Shown: positions 52,992 through 61,455, counted from the stretch's first letter. The stretch is DNA of 64,000 bases from a virus (IMGVR_UViG_3300044856_000241:1-64000), one strand, 5' to 3'. A program made the numbers and translations. Notes: generated from the sequence alone by a model not told the origin.

Positions 52992-54551
52992 TTATTTTAT
53001 TTCTCCATGTTTAAATCTCGCCTGCGCCACTTCCCGAAAAATACAATGATCACCTGAATATTTAATTAAATATCCAACTCCTGTGTCACTTGAGTTTGAT
53101 CCTGAGCGGCATTTTTCCACGAACAAAGCTCGCCATACAGCAGATCTGTCTGGTTTATACTCCTCTTCAATCCATTTGCCATTTACTTTTTTCAATCTAA
53201 ATGGATGGCAGTAATATTTACTTTTTTCGTCGAGTTCTTCATCATACACCGTGCGCATTAAGAATAGATTTTCCAAAATTTCTTTAATCTGTTTAGCATT
53301 GCTCAAACAACTTGCATCTAAAAATAGCTTACCTTTCATATACTCAGCTAACTGAACAGAAGCCAACATGATTAAATTATATTTTTTGGCAAGTTTATCA
53401 AGTTCTCGGCTATCTCTTACTAAAGCTAAGTCCTGACGAGAGTTAGAAAAATCACCCTCTTGAATTTTAAATGTGTCATATAAGACGGTATCATATCCAT
53501 GCCTCAATACATTTTCTCGAATTTTTTTCTTAATAACTCCCATATTTGCATCATTAATAGAAATAAATTTAACCTTACCTTTGTAATTCTCTCTCCAAAA
53601 TTTCTGAACATCAGTAAGCTGCGCTCTTGATTCTGGATCAATATCGCCAGTGGATAATTTTTTTTTGGTTAATTTAAAATATCTATTGCGTTTTGCCAGG
53701 AGCCAAATCATGAATTTCACTTTGAATTTCTTTATAGACTCTTCATTCGATATAATCAGAATTTTTCGTTCATAATACAGCAATGCCATTAAAATGGTGA
53801 TATAATATGTACTTTTTCCTACGCTCGAAAAGCCACCCACCATAGTAAATGTTCCTTCGAGTAAACCCATTACTTGTCTGGATAGAAATGGGAAACAATT
53901 TATCTCTTCACCATTTTTATCATATCCAGCAATGTCAAACGGAACACCATTCTCTTCTCCTTCTTCGCAAGATTCAATAAATTCATCATCAAAATCAATC
54001 TCCTCTTCCTCAAGAATTTTGCTGGAGTATCCTGTGCCATATGAACTAATCCTTGCCTCGTACCAATCTGTCACTTCTTCTGCTGTCATTTTACGAAACA
54101 ATTTAATCGGGATAATTTCTTTGCCGTTAAAATCAATTTTCTGCGAAAGGTTGAACCCATCGTCATGTAGTTTCAGGATAATATTCTCTCTGTATAGAAT
54201 ATCTATATAAGTATCAAAATTCTGCACATTAATAATGTCAATCTGATGTTGAATTGTTTCCCATCCACCATTGGCTTCATAACGCTCCAAAGCCTCAGAA
54301 GAGAGGTTCGATAAAATAGTGATTTCATCAAGAGAATAGAACCCTTTTTTTCGCAAATTCGATACTAAACCATAATAAAAACGACCATCTGAAGTGATAA
54401 AATCGTCAGATTCGAAAGTTGTATCGTCTAATAGCAACATATCTTTGAAAAAACAGCTAACAACATTACCCTCAGCTTCCAATCTTCCTTTCAGAAGAAT
54501 AGCAGGATACTTTTCTTTTACACCTGTTAAAAATTCCCCGATGTTTATCAC
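52992..54551 (-). CDS. dnaB: Replicative DnaB-like helicase
   Basis: GFSSVGKS Walker A, SNEE, LYDTFK, ASVQL, EKCRSG. Confidence 0.85.
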   Translation of the reverse strand: MINIGEFLTGVKEKYPAILLKGRLEAEGNVVSCFFKDMLLLDDTTFESDDFITSDGRFYYGLVSNLRKKGFYSLDEITILSNLSSEALERYEANGGWETIQHQIDIINVQNFDTYIDILYRENIILKLHDDGFNLSQKIDFNGKEIIPIKLFRKMTAEEVTDWYEARISSYGTGYSSKILEEEEIDFDDEFIESCEEGEENGVPFDIAGYDKNGEEINCFPFLSRQVMGLLEGTFTMVGGFSSVGKSTYYITILMALLYYERKILIISNEESIKKFKVKFMIWLLAKRNRYFKLTKKKLSTGDIDPESRAQLTDVQKFWRENYKGKVKFISINDANMGVIKKKIRENVLRHGYDTVLYDTFKIQEGDFSNSRQDLALVRDSRELDKLAKKYNLIMLASVQLAEYMKGKLFLDASCLSNAKQIKEILENLFLMRTVYDEELDEKSKYYCHPFRLKKVNGKWIEEEYKPDRSAVWRALFVEKCRSGSNSSDTGVGYLIKYSGDHCIFREVAQARFKHGEIK

Positions 54552-54555
54552 TCCC

Positions 54556-55035
54556 TTACATTAAGTCGTCCAGTGCGCGACGTTTTTTATTTCTTTTGAA
54601 TTTCATATTCACAATATCGCCCTCAACCTGATGTGTGATTACAGGCTCTGGTGTGTGGTCATTTACAAAATCTCTCATGTTATTACTAAGAATTGTGGAA
54701 AAATATCTGATTTGACCGTATTCTTTCTCAAAATCACGGTGCATGACTTCATACAGATAATCAAAATTATCAGTGAGATAATCACCGATAGAATCATATG
54801 GATAACATTTTGCTAATGCATTAATTTCCTTATATAATGCAGTATTTGTTACTACATATCCAAAAATCTGATTAATTAAATCATATACCCGCTCTCGGTC
54901 TTGACGTTCTTTAATCACAGAATTGTATTCTTCTTCATTACAGTAGTAGGTGTTTTTATCACCTACTACTACTTTGAATGCTAACTTCTGATCAATTTTT
55001 TCTCCGCACTTGCGGCATTTGACCATTCTCGGCAT
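54556..55035 (-). CDS. Zinc-binding replication-module protein
   Basis: KCRKCG..YYC; upstream of the helicase. Confidence 0.6.
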   Translation of the reverse strand: MPRMVKCRKCGEKIDQKLAFKVVVGDKNTYYCNEEEYNSVIKERQDRERVYDLINQIFGYVVTNTALYKEINALAKCYPYDSIGDYLTDNFDYLYEVMHRDFEKEYGQIRYFSTILSNNMRDFVNDHTPEPVITHQVEGDIVNMKFKRNKKRRALDDLM

Positions 55036-55045
55036 AGCTTTTCTC

Positions 55046-56182
55046 CTAGTTCATCATATCGTAAATTCTTTTTAATCCATCTTCATCTACATCTTTGAGT
55101 TTACCGTACTCAGCGATAACCTCTTTTACCTGAGCTTTCAGCGTGGCATCAGTACACTCTTTGAACATCATCCGGATTATCTCATCCAGATTCTCCGGAT
55201 ACGCTGACTCTTCAACGGAATCAATTGTATCGATATCGCCATCAATATCCTCTTCAAATGGTACTTCTTCCGCTACTGGCGGTGCTGTTTCTGTTTTTAC
55301 TGGGGATGTTTTTTTAGCAGATGTTGTTCCAGATTTTTTAGAATTTTTGATTGCATCTTTTAATGCTTTAATAAGAGCGTCAGAATCAAGTGGAATCTCA
55401 TTTACAATTCCGCTGAATCTTGACTTGGAATCTACAGAATAGGAATCGTCTCTGAATACGATTTTTCTCTTCTCATCTTTTACTTTATTTACGGTAATTT
55501 CTTTGTGATTGATGATATTTGTACGACCAGTACCTTCTGCTTCGATTGAACGATCCAGACAAGCAACACCAACTACATGTACTTTTGTTTTGAAATCATT
55601 GAAATATCTCTGAGCCATGTTGGAAGTAAGTGTTGTATACGCTGCACTTGTAACAGGATCAACAATGTCTTTTGTTTTTGAATGGCATGTGTACCATACT
55701 TTTACACCAACTTTTCCAAGTGCTCTTACTTTATCATAAATCATATTGAAAACAACATCATATCCAGCTCCGAAACCACCCTCTACAGAATTAAGTGTTT
55801 TTGCTGGTTTGAAGTTTTTATTTCCCATATTCTCACGGTTCCAATTATCAATTGCTGTTTTCTCAGTAATCTCAATCAACTGATCCAGAGTATCTAAAAT
55901 CACAACTTTTAAGTTTGCATAATCTGTTTTCTTATTTTTAATGATATCTTTTACGACCTCATCAAACTTTTTGTATGTTGGAACATCCTCATATGTAACT
56001 CCATCAATTGCGGAAACACCTTCTTCATCTCCTGTATTTAAAAGAAGATATCCATCCTCTCCAAACTCTTTTTCGCAGAGTTCACTCAATACAGTTGTTT
56101 TACCAATTCCAGATTCTCCACAGATCATAATGGAATAATCATATAAGTTGTCACTAATTTTACTTCTTTTACCAAATGCCAT
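55046..56182 (-). CDS. AAA_24/Sak4-like ATPase
   Basis: GESGIGKTT, VILDTLD, GFGAGY. Confidence 0.8.
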   Translation of the reverse strand: MAFGKRSKISDNLYDYSIMICGESGIGKTTVLSELCEKEFGEDGYLLLNTGDEEGVSAIDGVTYEDVPTYKKFDEVVKDIIKNKKTDYANLKVVILDTLDQLIEITEKTAIDNWNRENMGNKNFKPAKTLNSVEGGFGAGYDVVFNMIYDKVRALGKVGVKVWYTCHSKTKDIVDPVTSAAYTTLTSNMAQRYFNDFKTKVHVVGVACLDRSIEAEGTGRTNIINHKEITVNKVKDEKRKIVFRDDSYSVDSKSRFSGIVNEIPLDSDALIKALKDAIKNSKKSGTTSAKKTSPVKTETAPPVAEEVPFEEDIDGDIDTIDSVEESAYPENLDEIIRMMFKECTDATLKAQVKEVIAEYGKLKDVDEDGLKRIYDMMN

Positions 56183-56245
56183 ATATTTATATTCTCCTAT
56201 CTATGTAAATTTTCTAAGTAGTTAGAGGGCATATAGCCCTCTTTC

Positions 56246-57469
56246 TTACAGCTCGTCATCATCTTCAACTACTTCTTCATCAAACAGATCGACATCTTCT
56301 GCCTCCTCATCATCAGAAACAAGTGGTTTAACAATCATGTCCTCTTCTTTGTAAACCGTGTCTTCTCTGCCTTTCATAAACCCTCTCGCTGGTTTAACAA
56401 ACTGATATTCACGAATTCGATCACCGTAAGCACTTCCACCAAGGTCTTTTCTAATGTCATCAAGAGTAATAAGTCCGAACTTAATATCCTCTTTCTGCTC
56501 ATCGGTAAGCATGTCCTCTGTGATTTCTACCCGCTGTGCGCCATTGAGCATGTTGACAATTACTCCATACTCTTTAAATGACTCGTCATCATCCTCGAAC
56601 ATGAATTTATGTTTTACACGCTCCGCCCATTTCTGAGACTTCTCATCATCTCCGATTGGAATAGCAATCGTTACAGGAACAGGAAGATTCTCTTTGCGGT
56701 TGTTGTCGTACTGCATCATGTACCCATTGACATAATATTTGTGCTTCTCATCTGCGCTCATATCGTCAAGACTTTCATGATTGAAGATGATATTTAATGT
56801 AGCCGTGGAAGATTGTTCAGCATTTGGTGCTGCAAGATAGATACGTGTCGGCACGTATGATTCATAGAATCTCTGATTTTTATCAGAGTAAGAATATTCT
56901 CCATTACCTTTAATGTAGAATAATGAGTCTTTGTATTTGTCACTTTCAATAACTTTTTTGATGAAATCTACGAAATCCCATTCAGAAATAAACTCATGTC
57001 GTTTCTTTTTGCTTTTCTCAAGAGCATCTGTAATTTCATCTTTTGATGTAAGTTCAACTTTTGCAAGTTCTTCATCAGTTGCTTCTCCACCTTCATGGAT
57101 TTTATCTGCTAATTTCTGCAGTTCAAATCTTCTATTCGGTTTCTCAAGATCAACAATGAATTTTTTGAATTCTGCAATCTCTGCAATTTTCGGAGATGTA
57201 AGTCTATCCTTAAATGGAATCTGGATTGACTGACCTTTTACTCTGTTGCCATTTTCATCTACAGTTGATTTAGTAAAACTGTAAATATCACCATGACCAT
57301 CCGCGAAGGCTCCTGCCTGAACAGAAAGCATGTGACGATTATCACCGCATGTTACATTAAAAAGTAATGTTTTTCTTTTCCAGCCAGATGGATAGGTTTT
57401 CTCCTCATACGGCTTAAATTTGTCGCTCTCTTTCGAGATACTAAGTTTTCCTGTCATTTCAAAATTCAT
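56246..57469 (-). CDS. Putative ssDNA-binding protein (acidic tail)
   Basis: First gene of the replication module; strongly acidic C-terminus. Confidence 0.55.
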   Translation of the reverse strand: MNFEMTGKLSISKESDKFKPYEEKTYPSGWKRKTLLFNVTCGDNRHMLSVQAGAFADGHGDIYSFTKSTVDENGNRVKGQSIQIPFKDRLTSPKIAEIAEFKKFIVDLEKPNRRFELQKLADKIHEGGEATDEELAKVELTSKDEITDALEKSKKKRHEFISEWDFVDFIKKVIESDKYKDSLFYIKGNGEYSYSDKNQRFYESYVPTRIYLAAPNAEQSSTATLNIIFNHESLDDMSADEKHKYYVNGYMMQYDNNRKENLPVPVTIAIPIGDDEKSQKWAERVKHKFMFEDDDESFKEYGVIVNMLNGAQRVEITEDMLTDEQKEDIKFGLITLDDIRKDLGGSAYGDRIREYQFVKPARGFMKGREDTVYKEEDMIVKPLVSDDEEAEDVDLFDEEVVEDDDEL

Positions 57470-57535
57470 GAAATGTCCTCCTTGTATATGTAAAAATTTT
57501 TTAAAACAAACTAAAATATGCCAACCTGTTGAAAT

Positions 57536-57880
57536 TTACTTTTTGTTGATATTTTTTGACGCTCTCATACCAGACTCTTTAATATTTTTCATCAACTGGA
57601 TATTGTCATTAATCATTAACGCTAATGCCTGATCATCGGTGAATCCAACATTTACAAAAGCGTCATACGTTTTCTTTGCTGACATTGCTCTGATTTTTGG
57701 ATAGCGATCATTACTTGCGACTTCCTCATAAATATCCAGTACTGCTTTGCCAGTTGCACGAATTAACGGTTTTGCTTTCTCCGTATACTCGTTAATTGTT
57801 TCTGGTAATGAATCCGGATCAATCATGACTTCCAGAAGTTTACTCAGAACTTGCTGTTTCATTTCTTCATTCATTCTCAT
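57536..57880 (-). CDS. Hypothetical protein
   Basis: AGGAG SD; YDAFVNVGFTDDQALAL motif. Confidence 0.65.
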   Translation of the reverse strand: MRMNEEMKQQVLSKLLEVMIDPDSLPETINEYTEKAKPLIRATGKAVLDIYEEVASNDRYPKIRAMSAKKTYDAFVNVGFTDDQALALMINDNIQLMKNIKESGMRASKNINKK

Positions 57881-58075
57881 TTCTCCTATTCTTTTTAGAT
57901 TTTTATATGATTAACGCTCGAATTGAGCGGGACATAGAAGTAAAATCTATGTAAAAGATTTATAAGAAACAGTGATTTTTGAGTACACGAACCCAAGGGT
58001 ATGCTGTGCCACCCATATTTTTATTCTCTATTTAGTTTTATAAGTTTGGAATTATTGGCTGAATTGCCAAGTGAG

Positions 58076-58414
58076 TTAATTATTAAGAAAATTTCTGATG
58101 TCATCCATCATTTTATCTGATTCATCTAACAGATATCTATAAGTCTCGTTGTCGTCATAATACTCAAAATAAGGTATTGGTTTGTCATTCTCATCACACA
58201 TCCAACCAAGTTCCGAATAACCATCGAAGTATACAGATACATGCTTGCCATTGTGATTAATCCAAAATCTAATGATTGCTCCTGCAAACGGCGGAATAAT
58301 TTTCACATCCCATTCTTTGTCAAAATGCAGTGCAGGTAACTCATTAGCCCATTTTCTATATTCATGAAACTCTTCTGCTTTTGCAATTGTTAGTATTTTG
58401 TTCACATTTACCAT
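58076..58414 (-). CDS. Hypothetical phage protein
   Basis: VKIIPPFAGAIIRF...VSVYFD..LG...PYFE; start uncertain. Confidence 0.6.
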   Translation of the reverse strand: MVNVNKILTIAKAEEFHEYRKWANELPALHFDKEWDVKIIPPFAGAIIRFWINHNGKHVSVYFDGYSELGWMCDENDKPIPYFEYYDDNETYRYLLDESDKMMDDIRNFLNN

Positions 58415-58648
58415 TACGTCTTCCATTAATAGATTCTCCTTCGTTTTTTGGAGTGCGTTCATTTCCACACTCCAATTGGACATTCTTCTTCCTCAGCATT
58501 ACCTGTAGAAGCGAGGTATGTTCCTTGCCATTATATTCTCCGAAGAGTTTCAGGCAATACGTCCATTGGTTGACTGGTATTTTACAATCAGCCTTCACCT
58601 TTGTATTTTCAGCATCTCAGCTTTTCTACTACTTTCACCTCGTTTTAC

Positions 58649-58717
58649 AAGACACACTTCCGGTATCCCATCCGGTTAATTTATTATGTCGAAATAATAA
58701 TTTGCTGTATGTGTCTT
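58649..58717 (-). ncRNA. ACAGCAA hairpin unit 1
   Basis: AAGACACA-T-ACAGCAA...TGTGTCTT. Confidence 0.75.
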
Positions 58718-58725
58718 TCTTATCC

Positions 58726-58779
58726 TAGATACATTTTTCTTTCGATGCTTGGAAATTAATAATTGCTGTGTTGTATCTA
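58726..58779 (-). ncRNA. ACAGCAA hairpin unit 2
   Basis: TAGATACA-AC-ACAGCAA...TGTATCTA. Confidence 0.75.
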
Positions 58780-58793
58780 TATCTATATATTCT

Positions 58794-60314
58794 CTACGCC
58801 ACCAGATCTTTTACCGCATTCTCAACTGGTGCGTATCTTTCAGAATTTAATTGCTCCAGTAAACACTCAAATGGATCTGTACTGTTACTCAATACCATTT
58901 TCACAATTGCAGGACTGAAACCACTTACAAGTGCTACACCAGCCTCATTCTCTTTTACCGGAATTGTGCCAGTACGACTCATGATATTCCAGAATACTAA
59001 TCTTGGAAGTTTATATCCATGAGCTTCATATCTATCAGCCAGTTCTTCGAATAATCTCTTATCAGTACGTCCAGAAGTCATACGATCAAATTCTAAATCT
59101 GAAAGTACCAGTACATTCTGTGGCATATCATCCTGAGTCATCTCATTCCTGATCGCTGTCTGGAGAATCAGATCAAATGTTGCTTCAATATTTGTATTTG
59201 TCATCTCACAATGATTCAGCGCAATCTCAATTTTCTCACGCAATGAATCGGCATTGCTAAAATCAACAATCTGCGGGTGACTACTAAACGTAATATATGT
59301 ATCTTTGAACTGTCCAGAACTTCTCTCTGCAAAGTAAATGGCTAATGCATTTGCCACACTAAGAGCTGTGACATTCGTACCACCAATTCTTGAAGTCATA
59401 CTTCCTGATCCATCAGCTACACAAATTGTATTTCCTGTTCCGCTAACGTAATCAGGCAATGCTTTCCAAAGCTGTTCAAGTGTCGGATCATCAACAGGTG
59501 ACAAGTTCCATCTACTTGAGCCATACTTATGTACAATATCATGCGGGAATAAAACACCGGCATTGATTTTTGTTTCGCCTTTTTCTAACTTATTCAAGTA
59601 TTCTCTACGTCTTTCCTCATCATTTCGTAAGAAAGCATTGTTGTAAATTAGATTTGCTCTTGACGGAACAGCTGCATAATCAATTTTATCCCACTGTTTT
59701 GCAGACATTTTAACTTCAACCACATTCAGGTACGCACGGAGCTCGGATAACATTTTTCTATATTGTCTGTCTGTGAAAATGATGTTATCCATGATGATAT
59801 GTGCCAATCGTTTTGTCTCTTTTGAAGAGGTGTTAGCACTTGGCATCCATTTAGCAAGAAGCGAAATCGGTTTACTCTGCTTCATATTTACACCATCTTC
59901 TAAGAGCTGATGTACTACTACTTCACACACATCATCTTTTAAATCAGTGTCCAATAAACACCATAAATCATCCCAACGTCCATATTCAGGAACCAGTTTA
60001 ATTACTTCCTTGGCAATATCCTGATGATTCTCTGCAAGATATTTTATACAAGTTCTAAACAGTCTTCTCTCGCCAATTCCCTCTCTACAATCACGGCAAT
60101 AAAATAACCATTTCATTGCCAAAATTTTGTCCTCATAGAACGCTTTTACGAACTTTTCAACGATTTTTTCTTCGCTCATGTTCCTCATAGATGATACTGA
60201 AAAGTTTAAATCAAGAAGTTCTTTACCTGATGTTCTATAACCAAGAGCACCATTCTCAGTAACTGAATAATTGAAGTCATCATTCAGTGTTTCTTTTAAA
60301 TTTTTCATAAACAT
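58794..60314 (-). CDS. DUF2828-like protein: helical TROVE/Ro60-like N-terminus plus C-terminal vWA domain
   Basis: TENGA, RDCREGIGERRLF, YGRWDDL, LAKWMPS; MIDAS motif VADGSGSM...TNIEATF...LSDLEFD; LVFWN, LVSGFS. Confidence 0.82.
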   Translation of the reverse strand: MFMKNLKETLNDDFNYSVTENGALGYRTSGKELLDLNFSVSSMRNMSEEKIVEKFVKAFYEDKILAMKWLFYCRDCREGIGERRLFRTCIKYLAENHQDIAKEVIKLVPEYGRWDDLWCLLDTDLKDDVCEVVVHQLLEDGVNMKQSKPISLLAKWMPSANTSSKETKRLAHIIMDNIIFTDRQYRKMLSELRAYLNVVEVKMSAKQWDKIDYAAVPSRANLIYNNAFLRNDEERRREYLNKLEKGETKINAGVLFPHDIVHKYGSSRWNLSPVDDPTLEQLWKALPDYVSGTGNTICVADGSGSMTSRIGGTNVTALSVANALAIYFAERSSGQFKDTYITFSSHPQIVDFSNADSLREKIEIALNHCEMTNTNIEATFDLILQTAIRNEMTQDDMPQNVLVLSDLEFDRMTSGRTDKRLFEELADRYEAHGYKLPRLVFWNIMSRTGTIPVKENEAGVALVSGFSPAIVKMVLSNSTDPFECLLEQLNSERYAPVENAVKDLVA

Positions 60315-60361
60315 AATTCTTTTTCTCCTTTTGAATCAAAATTAGTAGTAACTTTGATTCC

Positions 60362-60418
60362 TAGACGGCATGGAAAATAGATTAACAGTCTATACCAAAA
60401 AATTGCTGTAGCCGTCTA
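60362..60418 (-). ncRNA. ACAGCAA hairpin unit 3 with Asn (GTT) anticodon stem-loop
   Basis: TAGACGGC-T-ACAGCAA...ATAGA CTGTTAA TCTAT...GCCGTCTA. Confidence 0.8.
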
Positions 60419-60431
60419 AAGAATCATTTAC

Positions 60432-60488
60432 AAGATAGCTATATGTTAATATTCTCCGCTTGAATTAAATATTTGCTGTAACTATCTT
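60432..60488 (-). ncRNA. ACAGCAA hairpin unit 4
   Basis: AAGATAGT-T-ACAGCAA...GCTATCTT. Confidence 0.75.
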
Positions 60489-60491
60489 CAA

Positions 60492-60607
60492 CGACAGGAA
60501 CAGGACTCGAACCTGTATCAATGCCTGGACGTGGAATAAATATCGCTGTTAATGTCTATTACAAGACATATTTTTTTCACCGTTTTAACCAATTAAACTA
60601 TCCCGTC
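60492..60607 (-). ncRNA. tRNA-like RNA A; anticodon arm replaced by a motif hairpin (ACAGCGA variant)
   Basis: Acceptor GACGGGA/TCCTGTC, D arm GTTT..AAAC, T arm ACAGG TTCGAGT CCTGT; insert ATGTCT-loop-AGACAT-TA-ACAGCGA. Confidence 0.8.
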
Positions 60608-60684
60608 ATGTGAGTATTCTCATACGGCAATACAAGAATACTCAGCTTGCAACTTATTAACTTACTTCCCACAAAGAAAGGAGC

Positions 60685-60743
60685 TAGACGGTTTTGGTTA
60701 GTAAATTAAAAGTCTTCTCCAATAAGTTTGCTGTATCCGCCTA
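60685..60743 (-). ncRNA. ACAGCAA hairpin unit 5 with Lys (TTT)-type anticodon loop
   Basis: TAGGCGG-AT-ACAGCAA...AGA CTTTTAA TTT...CCGTCTA. Confidence 0.75.
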
Positions 60744-60747
60744 TATA

Positions 60748-60814
60748 CAAGACACTTAGCCACTTGGCATTTGATTTGCAATCAAATTGTTCAATGTTGC
60801 TGTTTTGTGTCTTA
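60748..60814 (-). ncRNA. ACAGCAA hairpin unit 6 with Cys (GCA) anticodon stem-loop
   Basis: TAAGACAC-AAA-ACAGCAA...TTTGA TTGCAAA TCAAA...GTGTCTTG. Confidence 0.8.
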
Positions 60815-60815
60815 A

Positions 60816-60934
60816 TGGAGATGGAGAGATTCGAACTCCCGACAAATGGTTACCCTTAATTAATATTTGCTGTTGATGTCTTATACAAAACACACATAAT
60901 ATTTCCATCGCTCTACCAACTGAGCTACATCTCC
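60816..60934 (-). ncRNA. tRNA-like RNA B; anticodon loop replaced by an ACAGCAA hairpin
   Basis: Acceptor GGAGATG/CATCTCC, D arm GCTC AGTTGGTA GAGC, stem ATGG/CCAT, T arm GGGAG TTCGAAT CTCTC; insert TGTTTT-GTAT-AAGACA-TCA-ACAGCAA. Confidence 0.85.
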
Positions 60935-61012
60935 GTATGAATTCCTTCCTATTATAATAAGGAAGAAACTCATGTTATTTGTAACAATACGTTTTCCACA
61001 GAAAGGAGATCC

Positions 61013-61072
61013 TAGACGGTATCTGGGTTGCAAATTAAAAGTTGTTCCAAAGAAAATTGCTGTTACCGCCTA
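61013..61072 (-). ncRNA. ACAGCAA hairpin unit 7 with Lys (TTT)-type anticodon loop (paralog of unit 5)
   Basis: TAGGCGGTA-ACAGCAA...CAA CTTTTAA TTTG...TACCGTCTA. Confidence 0.75.
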
Positions 61073-61085
61073 TTTTGTTGTGGAA

Positions 61086-61256
61086 TCACCGGATCTGGGT
61101 TCGAACCAGAATCTGCATCGTCCATTAAATTAAAATTTGCTGTAAGCGGATGACTATGTATCAAAAAGAAAAGAGAGGATTTTATGAAAGTATATGTTAT
61201 TTTTTCTATCCGCTTTTTAATTGTGATGCTGTTTTACCAATTGAAACTATCCAGTG
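61086..61256 (-). ncRNA. tRNA-like RNA C; long ACAGCAA hairpin in place of the anticodon loop
   Basis: Acceptor CACTGGA/TCCGGTG, D arm GTTT..AAAC, anticodon stem GCATC/GATGC, T arm TCTGG TTCGAAC CCAGA; insert AAGCGGAT...ATCCGCTT-ACAGCAA. Confidence 0.85.
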
Positions 61257-61260
61257 TAAA

Positions 61261-61383
61261 TTGTAGGGGCTGGATTCGAACCAGCGAAACCATAGGTGTC
61301 AGATTTAGAGTCTGATTTGCTGTTAGTGATTATACCTAATCACATTTTTCTTCTGATGCGTTTAGCCACTTCGCTACCCTACA
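61261..61383 (-). tRNA. tRNA-Tyr-like body with CUA (amber) anticodon and a 41-nt ACAGCAA insertion (tRNA-like RNA D)
   Basis: TGTAGGG/CCCTACA, Tyr-type D arm GCGAAGTGGCTAAACGC, TCAGA CTCTAAA TCTGA, variable arm ACC TAT GGT, T arm GCTGG TTCGAAT CCAGC; insert bounded by an ATCAGA direct repeat. Confidence 0.8.
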
Positions 61384-61391
61384 ATGTAATC

Positions 61392-61447
61392 GAGACACTT
61401 TATTATCATCCGTATTATAATATTTTAACATTTGCTGTTAGTGTCTC
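61392..61447 (-). ncRNA. ACAGCAA hairpin unit 8
   Basis: GAGACACT-A-ACAGCAA...AGTGTCTC. Confidence 0.78.
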
Positions 61448-61455
61448 ATCTTTAC

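Noticed and set aside
57997-58014. A 15th ACAGCAA unit (GGGTGGCACAGCATACCC)
   Set aside because: Motif is ACAGCAT inside the apex of a tiny hairpin, without the shared architecture.
60611-60644. Inverted repeat TGAGTATTCT/AGAATACTCA as another array unit
   Set aside because: Lacks ACAGCAA; probably a spacer or processing hairpin.
60492-61256. Ordinary tRNA genes with group I or archaeal-type introns
   Set aside because: Inserts are about 40-100 nt, too short for group I cores. No bulge-helix-bulge is evident, I found no excision that restores a canonical anticodon loop in A-C, and the same motif occurs outside tRNAs.
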